From: a virus
Reading direction: 5' to 3' (one strand)
IMG/VR virus record: IMGVR_UViG_3300032770_000007
Span: 32,001 to 96,000 of that record
DNA length: 64,000 nt
Shown here one piece after another: positions 47,424 to 58,157 of the stretch. The position numbers and the translations under genes were made by a program. The notes beneath the pieces were generated by a model. The model had not been told where the DNA came from and did not search any database. It was given only the letters and a program-made list of their open reading frames with translations. Within the stretch, counting starts at the first letter, position 1. Every line of letters begins with the position of its first letter.

Positions 47424-49976
47424 TCATGAGAAAAAATCCTCTAAACTATCTGTTTCTTCTAACTGCCAACCAATAGCATCCAAAATAATCATCAAAGGTT
47501 GAATGAATGTCTTATTGAATTGGGCTTCATAATCAATATATTTCTCTAATCCAAATTCATCTGGAATTTGGTCTAAGAAAGCAATCACCTTGGATTGAAA
47601 TGGATTGGGCTCTTTCAATAAGATATATTTGATCTTATCTCTTGCCTTGATCAACTCATATTTCTTATCCAAACCAAAATATTGAATATAGTGATTGAAA
47701 ACCAATGCACCTTTCACATGGATAGGAGTGCCTGTTCTATATATAGTCTTTTTGTCTGTATAGTCATCCAACAAGTCACTCATTCCAGTAGGTGAGGCTA
47801 TCTTAATCATGGGCTGTATTTTGAATTCTTTTCTAAAACTTTCAACAAAGGTTATGAGTTTGACTTTGTCTTTGTGAGATAGAATAAAACTCACAGCCTC
47901 TTTCAACTTATCTCTACAAAATTTTGGTCTATCAGTTCTAACTGCAGCCCAACCAGTAATCTTGATATCTGGTTTATCATATTCAACACCTTCATTATTA
48001 TAGACACTAAGAATATAGTTCTTCTTGGCGGCCCAAATGGCTTGGTCTGCTATGGCCTCTCTCTTCATGATCATTTTTTGATCATAGGCATTCACATAGG
48101 TAGCCAGGTCTATATAAGATTGATCTATGAATGGTCTAATCTTTTGTTCACAAATTCTATCAATCGTTGCTACTATCTCTTTTGGATCTTTGTCTTCTAT
48201 ACCCAACTTCTTAATCAAAGGAGCCAAAGACAAATATACAGAATCAGTATCAGAAGCTAGAACATAATCTGTATTAGAAGTACCAAGAACTTTGTTAAGA
48301 TATTGATTGATAGATTTCTGGATCCAACGAATAGACAGCTGCCCAGAAAGTGTAACAGCCTCTGCTATTCTTACATCAAAGAAGCGAAAGTATTTGTTAG
48401 CAATAGAACCATAGGCACTATTCAGAGTAACCTTGAGTGCCATTTGAAGTGACTTATATCTCCCTGCAAGAGCCTTTAGCCTGACTTTCTCATTAGGGTC
48501 TGTAGTATGCTCTATTTCCTTCTTTGTTTCTATTTCTAAGTTTTTATATCTGGCTCTTTCTTTGAACATTTCCTCCATGATTTCCCCAAGAAAACCTCTC
48601 TTATCAGTTCTAAACAACTGACCATTTGGAGTCAAAGTAAGCTTCTTAGAAGTCAACCAAGAAAGATCAGGTTGTCTATTCAAAAGAGTATCTACATTGA
48701 TTGGGTTTACTCTCATCCATTCTTTTATATCTTCATCATAATCATCAGGCTGAACTAAAGTTTCTGGTGATAGATTGTACATCATTATCAAATGTGGATA
48801 CAGAGAAGTCAAGTCAAAACTCACTAACCAGTTATACCAACCAGGTCTGGGTTCTTTTACATAGGCACCTTCAATGGCCTGCCATTTAGCACCATCAGTA
48901 GAAGGAGGAACTATTATAGAACGTTCTTTAAGCTTGTTATAAATCCTAGCATCCCAAATACGACCCTGGGATAACACATCATCAATATTGACTTTGTTCA
49001 TATAGGCCAGTGTCATGGCCAGATTAACCAAACGCAATTTGTCTTCTATTCCAACAACCAACTCAACATCATTGATGTTATATTCTATGAATAGTTGATG
49101 GTTTTGAGTTCTGAGCTGATGGAGATCCTTGTAACCCAAAGAACGATAATCAACCTTATGCTTCCCTAGCTCTACTGTTGCTATGTTCTCCAACATATAA
49201 GATTCTTGATTGGGTTGAGGAGCATATTTCTTATACAAAGCAATATAATCTAAAGAGTTTATGCCTTGGAGAGTATATGTTTGAAACTCTCTATTACCCA
49301 ATCTTTGAGACCAAGTATTAATGTTATTCCAGGGAGATAGTTTTGCTGCTGTAGCTGCTCCTAATAGTTTTGTAATCCTATTAACCAAATATGGAATATC
49401 AAAGATTTCAGTATTCCAACCAGTCAGAACATCAGGACAACAGCCATTCCAAAGAGCCAGAAATTTCTGAATAAGGTCTATTTCATCCTTACATTGAAAG
49501 TATTTGATATCATTCCTCTTTGAAACAAAAGGTTCATAACCAAATACAAAGTAAGTATCCATCAAATGAACTGTAATGGCTGTGATCTGTTGATCTGCCT
49601 TTTCAGGCATAGGGAAACCATTAGAACTATCTACTTCAATATCAATGATGCCTGTTGTTATTTTGCTAGCATCAAAGTCAATAATGCCTGGAAAATTGTC
49701 TGCTATGAAAGCATATTGCCAGCGCTGATTACCATAGATTTTGAAGTTAGAAACACCTTCATATTGTTTTACAAATGCTCTAGCATCCCAAATGGTCTGG
49801 AACTGTTTCTCTTCAAGATTGAAACCTTCTAAAGAAGTCCATTTGGTAAGCCTGTTTGTATTTACATACAACTTAGGCTTGTAAGTTATCTTCTTCTTGA
49901 CTTTTTGGCCATCCTGAATTCCCCGATACAGAATATCCTTGCCATCCAAGACAACTGAAGTGTAAAAATCAGACAT
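47424..49976 (-). CDS. family B DNA polymerase (gp43-like)
   Basis: DIEV exonuclease, FDLTSLYP, KVTLNSAYG, SDTDS. Confidence 0.96.
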   Translation of the reverse strand: MSDFYTSVVLDGKDILYRGIQDGQKVKKKITYKPKLYVNTNRLTKWTSLEGFNLEEKQFQTIWDARAFVKQYEGVSNFKIYGNQRWQYAFIADNFPGIIDFDASKITTGIIDIEVDSSNGFPMPEKADQQITAITVHLMDTYFVFGYEPFVSKRNDIKYFQCKDEIDLIQKFLALWNGCCPDVLTGWNTEIFDIPYLVNRITKLLGAATAAKLSPWNNINTWSQRLGNREFQTYTLQGINSLDYIALYKKYAPQPNQESYMLENIATVELGKHKVDYRSLGYKDLHQLRTQNHQLFIEYNINDVELVVGIEDKLRLVNLAMTLAYMNKVNIDDVLSQGRIWDARIYNKLKERSIIVPPSTDGAKWQAIEGAYVKEPRPGWYNWLVSFDLTSLYPHLIMMYNLSPETLVQPDDYDEDIKEWMRVNPINVDTLLNRQPDLSWLTSKKLTLTPNGQLFRTDKRGFLGEIMEEMFKERARYKNLEIETKKEIEHTTDPNEKVRLKALAGRYKSLQMALKVTLNSAYGSIANKYFRFFDVRIAEAVTLSGQLSIRWIQKSINQYLNKVLGTSNTDYVLASDTDSVYLSLAPLIKKLGIEDKDPKEIVATIDRICEQKIRPFIDQSYIDLATYVNAYDQKMIMKREAIADQAIWAAKKNYILSVYNNEGVEYDKPDIKITGWAAVRTDRPKFCRDKLKEAVSFILSHKDKVKLITFVESFRKEFKIQPMIKIASPTGMSDLLDDYTDKKTIYRTGTPIHVKGALVFNHYIQYFGLDKKYELIKARDKIKYILLKEPNPFQSKVIAFLDQIPDEFGLEKYIDYEAQFNKTFIQPLMIILDAIGWQLEETDSLEDFFS

Positions 49977-49979
49977 TCT

Positions 49980-50294
49980 TTAACCAGTAATAAGTTGCTT
50001 GCTTGGTGTTACTAGATTGCTTGTTTGTTGTTTGTAAACAGAGGTGAGTTGTTCTGTTGGTCTGGCATAATAAACGATATGAGTTCTTTGAAACTCTTTC
50101 ATTTTTCCAGACAAGGGATTATAGGGTAACAAACCATATCCAATCCTCTTGGTATCTTGATCTAACTGATAAACAATAGTAAGGATATTATCTAAATGAA
50201 TTTCTTTATCATTTATTAATTTTACAAGTCCAATAAGTTCTTCACCTGTAATCAATTTGATTACGGCAACATCATCAATTTTAAATTCTATCAT
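49980..50294 (-). CDS. Sm-like small protein
   Basis: IKLITGEELIG; typical position upstream of gp43. Confidence 0.6.
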   Translation of the reverse strand: MIEFKIDDVAVIKLITGEELIGLVKLINDKEIHLDNILTIVYQLDQDTKRIGYGLLPYNPLSGKMKEFQRTHIVYYARPTEQLTSVYKQQTSNLVTPSKQLITG

Positions 50295-50513
50295 ATAACC
50301 TCATTATTTGCTGTGAGTGCTTCCTGCGTCGCATCATCCACTACTTCACCAGATCCAAATTTGGCTCTCATCTTTTTATTTCTAACTTCAATCTCATTGC
50401 AATGAGCAGAAATAAATATCCGTCTAATCTCGCCATCTCTATGAGGATCACCAGTACTAGATAGTGATAACATTCTCTTAAATCTACGAGGCAACTTTGC
50501 CTGGTAGTCTGAT

Positions 50514-51257
50514 CTATTCGCCATTTACTTTCACCAAATCCTTACCCATAGTCAATACTTCTTCACATTTTGTTTTGAACCGATCAAACTGACCTTCATG
50601 GAAACTCTGGAACATATGCCACACCATATCTTCTCCACCAACAGGAAACCCATAGGTCGTGCCAATTCCATAATGATATTCTGGTTGTTCATCCTTCAAT
50701 GGCCAATAAGGCCTGGTATCAGTTTCCCAGGCCATCCGAAATGGAGGAGCATCAAAACGTTTTGGCATTATTAATGCTACTGGCACACCAGCTTCTTCTG
50801 CTTTAAATGTCCATTCTTCTGCTACATCCCCCCTGGCTGTGGGTCTGGCTGATGGCTTGCCAATCTTGAGAAAAGTATCTATTGACAATGCTACAGCAGG
50901 AGATCCAGCATATATGTGCTGATTGTTCTGTATATGATTGGATCTCTGAGCATTACCAACTATATTACCTTGTTTTGCTGTAAGAATATACTCATCCATT
51001 GCAGCAGGATGTAGAGGGATACAGTCTATATCCATGAACATTACCACATCAGGAGAACCAAGCTTTTGTGTAATATCATTCTTAGGATCAATACAAGCAT
51101 TCATCACAAAATCCATGGAGCTTCCATGATCTGATTGTGTCTGAATATAAAAGAACTTGTAATTTTTCTGATTGAATTTTTGATTTACTTTAGCATGAAG
51201 TTCCAACATTTCTCTGGGTATGTTGGACATATAAAATGCGATAATTGCTGCGTTCAT
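50514..51257 (-). CDS. putative glycosyltransferase (GT-A)
   Basis: VMFMDIDCIP, RGDVAE. Confidence 0.6.
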   Translation of the reverse strand: MNAAIIAFYMSNIPREMLELHAKVNQKFNQKNYKFFYIQTQSDHGSSMDFVMNACIDPKNDITQKLGSPDVVMFMDIDCIPLHPAAMDEYILTAKQGNIVGNAQRSNHIQNNQHIYAGSPAVALSIDTFLKIGKPSARPTARGDVAEEWTFKAEEAGVPVALIMPKRFDAPPFRMAWETDTRPYWPLKDEQPEYHYGIGTTYGFPVGGEDMVWHMFQSFHEGQFDRFKTKCEEVLTMGKDLVKVNGE

Positions 51258-51805
51258 ATATTTTTCCGTTTTGGTTTCTTCATAGATTGTTTTACGATAC
51301 TAGATCGACCACGTTCATAACCACCACAAGGGATTTCACCTTTCTTTATTCTGATTTCTTCTACACCATTCGTTATCCACATAGTATCATAATGCGGATG
51401 TTCACCTGGTTTATAAGTCTTACCAAACATAGGATTATTTTTACCAGAAAAATCTGCATGATATTTCTTCAAATTTTCTCTATGATCCAAAGACTTGGGT
51501 TTACGCATCTTCTGTTTAGTTGCGGCAGATTTCTTTATACCAGTTGTTGATTTTGAAATCTTTCTTTTTATTTCATCTGACATAGGATGACTATTAGCTA
51601 TTTTAGCGGCCAAGATTATAGCTTCAGCACGTCCTATTTGACCACTCAATGTTTTCCAAGCAATCCAATCTTTGGCATCCTTCATTATAATAGCGCGATT
51701 TCTATGAGCTAATGCGTGTTGAATGATAGTTAGTGGATAAAGATTTTCTTTATCATTTGTGCCACCCGCATGCTTGGGTATAATATGATGATTATGTAAT
51801 ATCAT
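51254..51805 (-). CDS. HNH homing endonuclease (NUMOD-like tail)
   Basis: HHIIPKHAGGTNDKENL..H..AH; GKNNPMFGK; WITNG. Confidence 0.85.
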   Translation of the reverse strand: MILHNHHIIPKHAGGTNDKENLYPLTIIQHALAHRNRAIIMKDAKDWIAWKTLSGQIGRAEAIILAAKIANSHPMSDEIKRKISKSTTGIKKSAATKQKMRKPKSLDHRENLKKYHADFSGKNNPMFGKTYKPGEHPHYDTMWITNGVEEIRIKKGEIPCGGYERGRSSIVKQSMKKPKRKNI

Positions 51806-52432
51806 TTACAGCGGTTTTATCCATACAAATTTTTCACCTTTTTTCATATAACCAGGAACCATTTCTGCTGCAGCAGTAGCAACAGGACCATAGTTGATAT
51901 CATCACCTATTAGAACACCACCTGGTCTCAAAATGGGTAACCAGTTCTTTAGATCCAATTTAACTGATTCATAATCATGAGCAGCATCAATATAAATGAT
52001 GTCTGCTAGAATCTGTGCTCTTTTTATAACTACAGCAGCATTTATTGAATCAATAGGGAAAGGAGTAATAATGTTCTGTAAACCAGTCTGAATAATATTA
52101 GAAAGAAACTGCCTATAAACATTTGGTCTTCCATTTTCAAAAATAACCATGGGAGCTGCCCCACCACGCCAATGCTCTTCTGAACCCAAGAAGGTATCAA
52201 CACAAACTACTTCTACATTAGGATTTTGCATTATAGCCAGGTTAGCCATGTGACGAGCACTTGCGCCCATCCAGGTGCCAACTTCTATAATAAGTTCTGG
52301 TTTTATAATGTTGATATATTCAGCAAAAACTACAGAATGTGATGCCCAACCATGAGCATTCAATGGCAAAATAGGTTCAGGATTTAGATATGGATCATGC
52401 GTCCCAAATAGATACTGTCTTACTTTACCCAA
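51806..52432 (-). CDS. class I SAM-dependent methyltransferase
   Basis: IEVGTWMGAS, IYIDAAHDY, LRPGG..GDD. Confidence 0.85.
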   Translation of the reverse strand: MGKVRQYLFGTHDPYLNPEPILPLNAHGWASHSVVFAEYINIIKPELIIEVGTWMGASARHMANLAIMQNPNVEVVCVDTFLGSEEHWRGGAAPMVIFENGRPNVYRQFLSNIIQTGLQNIITPFPIDSINAAVVIKRAQILADIIYIDAAHDYESVKLDLKNWLPILRPGGVLIGDDINYGPVATAAAEMVPGYMKKGEKFVWIKPL

Positions 52433-53154
52433 GGGAGTTTTCCATTATATTTTTGTAGCATAGCTTCATTACCTCTAGAGAAGAAATCTGCTTTGACAGA
52501 TAGAGCAGAGTTTCCCACAGTATAATTCACTGTGTATTTATGGCTGCTATGACATTGGGATCCAACTTTATCTAAACCATATTTCATTGCTCTATCTACT
52601 TCCATTTGGCCAGGTTCTCTAAACTTGCGATGCATTAGAGGAGTGATAGCCAAAGCAAGAACCTTTGGTAAGAAATAACAATTCATATCTACAAAATAGT
52701 CATTAGGGTTTAGAATAGAAGGCCATTCACCCAGACTCTCACAGTTATCCTGACATAGAAAAGTTCCAGATTGATCTATTATATTTCTAAATGAATAAAC
52801 CCAATGCATTCCCCATGGAAACTCTTTCAATCTATCAAAACAAGATTGAATGTGATCTGGTGTGAAAGTGTTATCATCATCCAAAAAACAAACAATATCA
52901 CCTTTGGCCAAATATACACCAGCCGCCAGATTGCGATGACCATTATATCTATCTTTACCAGTAGAATAGGGTAAAGCCACTATGCTGATTTCCTTTGGTT
53001 GATCTGGTAAAGCAGCAAGAACCATGTTATGATATGGTGACCCATCAACAACCAACAAATGCTGAATATCTGAATAAGTTTGATTTTGTACAGATTGAAG
53101 ACAGTTTTTCAACAGAGGACTACCCACTGTTGATGTAATCACAGTTACTTTCAT
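52420..53154 (-). CDS. glycosyltransferase family 2
   Basis: SVQNQTY, VVDG, RN, FLDDD. Confidence 0.85.
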   Translation of the reverse strand: MKVTVITSTVGSPLLKNCLQSVQNQTYSDIQHLLVVDGSPYHNMVLAALPDQPKEISIVALPYSTGKDRYNGHRNLAAGVYLAKGDIVCFLDDDNTFTPDHIQSCFDRLKEFPWGMHWVYSFRNIIDQSGTFLCQDNCESLGEWPSILNPNDYFVDMNCYFLPKVLALAITPLMHRKFREPGQMEVDRAMKYGLDKVGSQCHSSHKYTVNYTVGNSALSVKADFFSRGNEAMLQKYNGKLPWVK

Positions 53155-53560
53155 ATTACTTCTTCTTATTCTTCCAACGTTTCAATCTCTTCTTACTACC
53201 TATTTTAGCACGACCCTTACCACGTCTATTCAACCCCACACCACTACCCATTTATTTCTCCTCACCCAATACGATAATATTTTGTATTTCCTGAAAATAT
53301 AGTATTGCCTGAATATGATATTGTAACAGAAGCAACCTTTTCATAGTTTTGATCCCAATAATAAGCAGTTAGTGGTTCCTTTATCAATAACTCACCACCA
53401 GATACCATGCCCAATTGTGGTATACCTGCATCATATCCTATTTTGATAGAATATGGTTCACAGGTATACTTTAGTCCTTTTTCAGTAAGTTCTGTAATGG
53501 TAAGTATTCTATTAGAATGCTTTTCTAGAAACTTATCACCAACTTTTACATTATCAAAAA

Positions 53561-54337
53561 TCATAAAGTTGTTTTACTTTCTGTATTTGATGTTCCTTTG
53601 ATTGATGTATTTGACATTCCAGCAATCATTTCACGGTCTTCTGCTGTAAAGTTCAATGCACCAGCAGTAGCAATTGCGCCCCTAGCAGAACGATACATTT
53701 TCACCTTTTCACCCAAAGTGGTATAGGTGCCACCAACAGAAGCAGCATCACAAGTATATTGGGCTGATGAGTTAAAATTAAATCCCATAGCAACACCTTC
53801 AGCAATAGCATCCATGTTAGCACCCAGGAACAAAAATCCCCAAGAATAAACACTCTGTTGATGCTTTATCATTTCTTGGATTTTGGCCTTAGTAAATCTT
53901 GTAGAAGCATTCTCTTGACCATCAGTAATAACCACAAAAAGAACCTTAGCTGGTCTGACAGCTTCTGGCATTTCAGCCAACTTGGCTCCAGTCTTTAAAA
54001 TAGCATCACCAATACTATCAAGTAATGGGGTGCTGCCACCAGGGACAAATGTTTTATCTGATAGAGGCTCAACGACCTGAATATTACTAAAATCATTTAA
54101 AATAGTAATGGGATTGTGAATATAAGGGACCACAGGCATTGCAATCCCACTCCAGGCACCAGCTCCTGGAGTAAATTTACCTGAACTAAAATGGATCTGA
54201 GTTAGAGTTGCCTTGCCAGGTGCCTCTTGCTGCTGCTTCAAAAATGTATTGAAACCACCAATAGTATCTTCTCTAATATTAGCCATAGAGCCTGAACTGT
54301 CTAGAACGACAGTGATATGTGTATAATCTTGGTTCAT
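53561..54337 (-). CDS. vWA domain protein
   Basis: DSSGSM MIDAS, TPLLD, TDGQEN. Confidence 0.85.
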   Translation of the reverse strand: MNQDYTHITVVLDSSGSMANIREDTIGGFNTFLKQQQEAPGKATLTQIHFSSGKFTPGAGAWSGIAMPVVPYIHNPITILNDFSNIQVVEPLSDKTFVPGGSTPLLDSIGDAILKTGAKLAEMPEAVRPAKVLFVVITDGQENASTRFTKAKIQEMIKHQQSVYSWGFLFLGANMDAIAEGVAMGFNFNSSAQYTCDAASVGGTYTTLGEKVKMYRSARGAIATAGALNFTAEDREMIAGMSNTSIKGTSNTESKTTL

Positions 54338-55140
54338 TATTCTACCTCTATTTCAAAATATTTGTTACAATCAAAGTTTGGATTTTCATTACCATAACCA
54401 TGAGGATTACATAGAACTCTACATTCGCCAATCATGTAATCCATACTATCATGAGTGTGTCCATGCACCCAATACTTTATAACAGGGTTATTTATGATGA
54501 AATCTTCTAGTTGGGTATTGTGAAATGCATAGTTAATCTGATTATCTTCGCCACCCCATTTTGGATGAGAAGATTTCATTGATGGAGTATGATGCGTCAT
54601 TATAATAAACTTTTCATTTGGTTCTGTAGAGTCAATACACTCCTTCAGAAAAGTTGTATGTTCTCTATTGAGCACCCAGGCATCATCTGGAGTGAAAGCT
54701 TTATCACCATTTCTAATAGCCTGATGATCATTCATTCCCCAATGAGCTGCAGCCATAGCTTCTGAGTCACTATTATTATAATCTGTCCATAATGAACTCA
54801 TTAATAACGTCCAATCTTTAGCCAATGATATACTAAAATCATTATGAAGATTGAAGAATGGATATTCCTCAACTCTATCTAATAGATTATCAAAACTAGT
54901 TTGAATATTCCCACCATAATATTCATGATTGCCTGGGATCATGAAAACTTGTTTGTATTTGCTAAATTCATGTTCCATGAGTTCAAAGAACTTATGAGCC
55001 TCACCACGTCTTACAAGACTATTGATGACAACTATATCTCCAGCAAGCAATAGAACATCACCACCAGGAAGAGTAAAGTTCTTCCTTAGTCCATGTTCGC
55101 AATGGAGATCAGAAACATAACTTATTTTCATACTACGCAT
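54337..55140 (-). CDS. metallophosphoesterase
   Basis: SDLH, AGD, GNHE, HH, HGHTH. Confidence 0.88.
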   Translation of the reverse strand: MRSMKISYVSDLHCEHGLRKNFTLPGGDVLLLAGDIVVINSLVRRGEAHKFFELMEHEFSKYKQVFMIPGNHEYYGGNIQTSFDNLLDRVEEYPFFNLHNDFSISLAKDWTLLMSSLWTDYNNSDSEAMAAAHWGMNDHQAIRNGDKAFTPDDAWVLNREHTTFLKECIDSTEPNEKFIIMTHHTPSMKSSHPKWGGEDNQINYAFHNTQLEDFIINNPVIKYWVHGHTHDSMDYMIGECRVLCNPHGYGNENPNFDCNKYFEIEVE

Positions 55141-55670
55141 GGTATATAATTTGTATTAATAGCAGCAACTGGTCTATCACCAGGGATTATCCATGGCCAT
55201 GGAATAGTTGTTCTCAAAACACCAGCCTCTTTGAACATGACTCCAGCATAATTCAAATCATAATGAACGCCTTTACCTATGCCAGCAAAAGTAACATCAG
55301 GCCCAATGACTTCAATAATACCTGATTGGATGAATGCTCTGGAACAGGCTTCACAAGGAGAAGGATCCCAGTTCAAATAGGCTCTAGCTCCTCTGAGTTG
55401 AATACCTTTTCTAGCAGCATTATAGCAAGCATTTCTCTCAGCATGCTCTACCCAAGAGTATTTCTGAGGACGTTCCCAACGATCAAACTTATAGAGAGTA
55501 TCACACCAATGGCCTTCAATCTCAATCACTCCTCGAGGGAAACCATTGAAACCAATACTAAGCACAACGTTGTCTTCATCAACTATAACACAACCAACTT
55601 TGGTTGATGGGTCTTTAGATTTCTGTGCTACCATGATTGCCATCGTAATAAAATATTCATCCCAATTCAT
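55128..55670 (-). CDS. dCMP deaminase
   Basis: SKDPSTKVG, HAE, PCEAC. Confidence 0.9.
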   Translation of the reverse strand: MNWDEYFITMAIMVAQKSKDPSTKVGCVIVDEDNVVLSIGFNGFPRGVIEIEGHWCDTLYKFDRWERPQKYSWVEHAERNACYNAARKGIQLRGARAYLNWDPSPCEACSRAFIQSGIIEVIGPDVTFAGIGKGVHYDLNYAGVMFKEAGVLRTTIPWPWIIPGDRPVAAINTNYIPCVV

Positions 55671-56193
55671 TATTTTTCCTCATCATATCTAGATATACAT
55701 CATGCTGATACCAAATCCCAGTCTTTGGATCAGGTACAAATCCCCAATCCATGTTGTGGGTTTTTCCTCTGGTAAAGAGAGTCCAGGTCTCTCCAGGATT
55801 TGGAACTTCTACCCAATGGAGATCCTGTGGCACAGTAATCTTATCAGGCATGCCATTAAGATAAGAGACCCATTTACCACCTCTAACAAATCTTGAATGC
55901 CCAGGACCACGCCAATGAGTACCCCAGGGAGTATGCTCCCAGTAACCACCTTTCAAAATGATGGAGTGATACCAAAACCATGGATGATTATGAAAGACTG
56001 GATCATCAGAACGCAAAAACCTATGCAAAAAGGTATTGAATGGAATATCTTTGCGTTCACGCTTGACACTATCGGGCCAAACTAGATAATATCTTTCTAA
56101 GTATTCTTCTACATCATCTCGATCTTTGATGATGAGTTTTCTACCTTTCTTATCTAGTTGATTTAGAGCATATTTTACAAGAGATTTCATCAT
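55657..56193 (-). CDS. cupin-like protein
   Basis: HNHPW..GGYWE...H; start moved downstream of the promoter. Confidence 0.65.
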   Translation of the reverse strand: MMKSLVKYALNQLDKKGRKLIIKDRDDVEEYLERYYLVWPDSVKRERKDIPFNTFLHRFLRSDDPVFHNHPWFWYHSIILKGGYWEHTPWGTHWRGPGHSRFVRGGKWVSYLNGMPDKITVPQDLHWVEVPNPGETWTLFTRGKTHNMDWGFVPDPKTGIWYQHDVYLDMMRKNNELG

Positions 56194-56196
56194 ACC

Positions 56197-56225
56197 ATTA
56201 TATAAAGAATATCTGTAAGAGTCAA
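56197..56225 (-). promoter_or_regulatory. sigma70-type promoter
   Basis: TTGACT-17bp-TATAAT. Confidence 0.75.
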
Positions 56226-56342
56226 TGAATTCCAACTATTCTGAGTATCAACCAATACAAAAACCATAATGTAAGTGTTATCCCTGCTCCGATCCCAGCA
56301 ATGAATATACACATTGCCAAGAGAAGGGACATAAATCACCCA

Positions 56343-56741
56343 TTAATTTTTGTTATTTCCGATAGAATATTTAGCCACTAGTGTCCAGTTACCCTTGTCT
56401 TTGAAAGGGATTATTTTAATCTGAGACATATTAATCTGTTCTTTGATGCTTTCTGGATTGACCACAGTTATCAAACCCCACTGCTGCAATAGATCACAAA
56501 TCTTGTTTCTGCGAGCAATGTCATTATCATCCAAAGAACTAGGTTTGCCATCAAGCAAAAACATTTCTTTGAAATGTACGAGATAGTAATTGCCTCTTTT
56601 ATGGAGTATATGACAAGATTGATATAGAGTATTGGCTTGTTTATTTGCCACACCTATTCTTGTCAATGTTTCTCGAACTTTGAGGAAGTCATCATCATTA
56701 GCCAACTTTATTTCTACACCCACATCCATGACAGTCTCCAA
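56343..56741 (-). CDS. regA: translational repressor RegA
   Basis: FLKVRETLTRIG..LYQSCHILHK.G.Y..VHFKE. Confidence 0.95.
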   Translation of the reverse strand: METVMDVGVEIKLANDDDFLKVRETLTRIGVANKQANTLYQSCHILHKRGNYYLVHFKEMFLLDGKPSSLDDNDIARRNKICDLLQQWGLITVVNPESIKEQINMSQIKIIPFKDKGNWTLVAKYSIGNNKN

Positions 56742-56773
56742 TCTTATTGTTAGTCACTGTCATATTTATGGTA

Positions 56774-57154
56774 TTACAAATCCTGATATAACTTCCTGAT
56801 GGAACTAAGTTGTTCTTCAGTAAGGATATTCAATGCCTGGAGAGCCTTGGTTTGAGAATAACCAAAATGCCTCATGACTAGTTTGATATCTTCATTATTC
56901 TGTTTCTTTGGCCAAGGTACAAAGTTTCTCTTGCGCGCTCGAATAGACTTCAAAAGATACTCATACTGAGCCTTCTTAGGCAAATGATAGAGCCCATTCA
57001 TTTCATTAGCAAAGAATAAACAATCCTGATGAAGTGATAGGGCTCTATTGACCATGAAAGCATTATAGTCTTTCTCATCCAATTCATCTCGAATGAGATA
57101 TTTCTTGGTTTCCATTATAGAAGGAAGCCATTCCTTGAAGAGATCAATTGCCAT
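56774..57154 (-). CDS. clamp loader small subunit (gp62-like)
   Basis: FMVNRALS..D...ANEMN; synteny. Confidence 0.9.
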   Translation of the reverse strand: MAIDLFKEWLPSIMETKKYLIRDELDEKDYNAFMVNRALSLHQDCLFFANEMNGLYHLPKKAQYEYLLKSIRARKRNFVPWPKKQNNEDIKLVMRHFGYSQTKALQALNILTEEQLSSIRKLYQDL

Positions 57155-58157
57155 TTTATTTGAAAATATAGATTATGGATGTGCAACTAGCCATCCCCAA
57201 AAACATCAATGTGAGACAAATCCAGGCTACTATTTGAACTCGTTCACTCATATTATCTCTTTGGTAATGGAGTTACTGTGAGTTTATCATAGGTCTCCAT
57301 AATCTTCTCAAGTTCTTCATGAGTTAGATTACTAACAGAAGCGATTTCTGTAATAGACCAGGCTCTGATTTCTATGTTCCAGTTGATAAACACAGACCAG
57401 GTTCCATCATCATTCATTTCTAGTTTGACTTTTCTCATAATCAATCCTTATTGCGATTACCTTCTTTCACCATCATAAAAATGAAAAAAGAAAATACACC
57501 AATCATACACAATATTTGTACTACAACTGGAGGTAAAAACATTATGGCTAATGCGGATAATCCCAGTGCAACCCACAATATGAGAATCCCTATCAAACCT
57601 GCTTTAGTCGATGTTTTCATGGTGTATTACAGTTTGCTGTTGTTTCAGTCACGGTAACAGTATCATTCAATGTTCTGTCTACCTGATCCTGAAGCTCATT
57701 CATTTCATCTTCAGTCAGATTAACTGTTTCTAAAATAGAAGTCAGCCATTTGGCTGTATATTGTTTATCTCCAACAATCAATATTGTTGGCGTGTTATTT
57801 ATTACGTCTGGAGGAGTGTATATAATCTTTCTCATTTACCTTTACCTTCAACCTGATCTGTATGAGTACCTTCAACTGCAAAAACTGAATAGATAGCTAT
57901 TGATGCCATTGTTACAAAAAATGAAAGAAATATCCACATCGTTACATTAGGAAAATAGACTATCCCTGATATAAATGCTAAGAGAAATAACCAAAGTCCA
58001 ATAACCGCAATAATACCTCTCATATAAAGTGCTACAGAAATCCATAAAAAGACACATATGCCCAAAGCACTCCAAAAACTCAAAAATATAAACAATGTTA
58101 TATGGGTGCCTATTATGGCCCAAAATAGAAGAATGTATAATATTGCTTTTAGGCGAC

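Noticed and set aside
25309-49976. Introns or inteins in nrdJ, primase, helicase, uvsX or polymerase
   Set aside because: ORFs are continuous and of normal length; the endonucleases are free-standing
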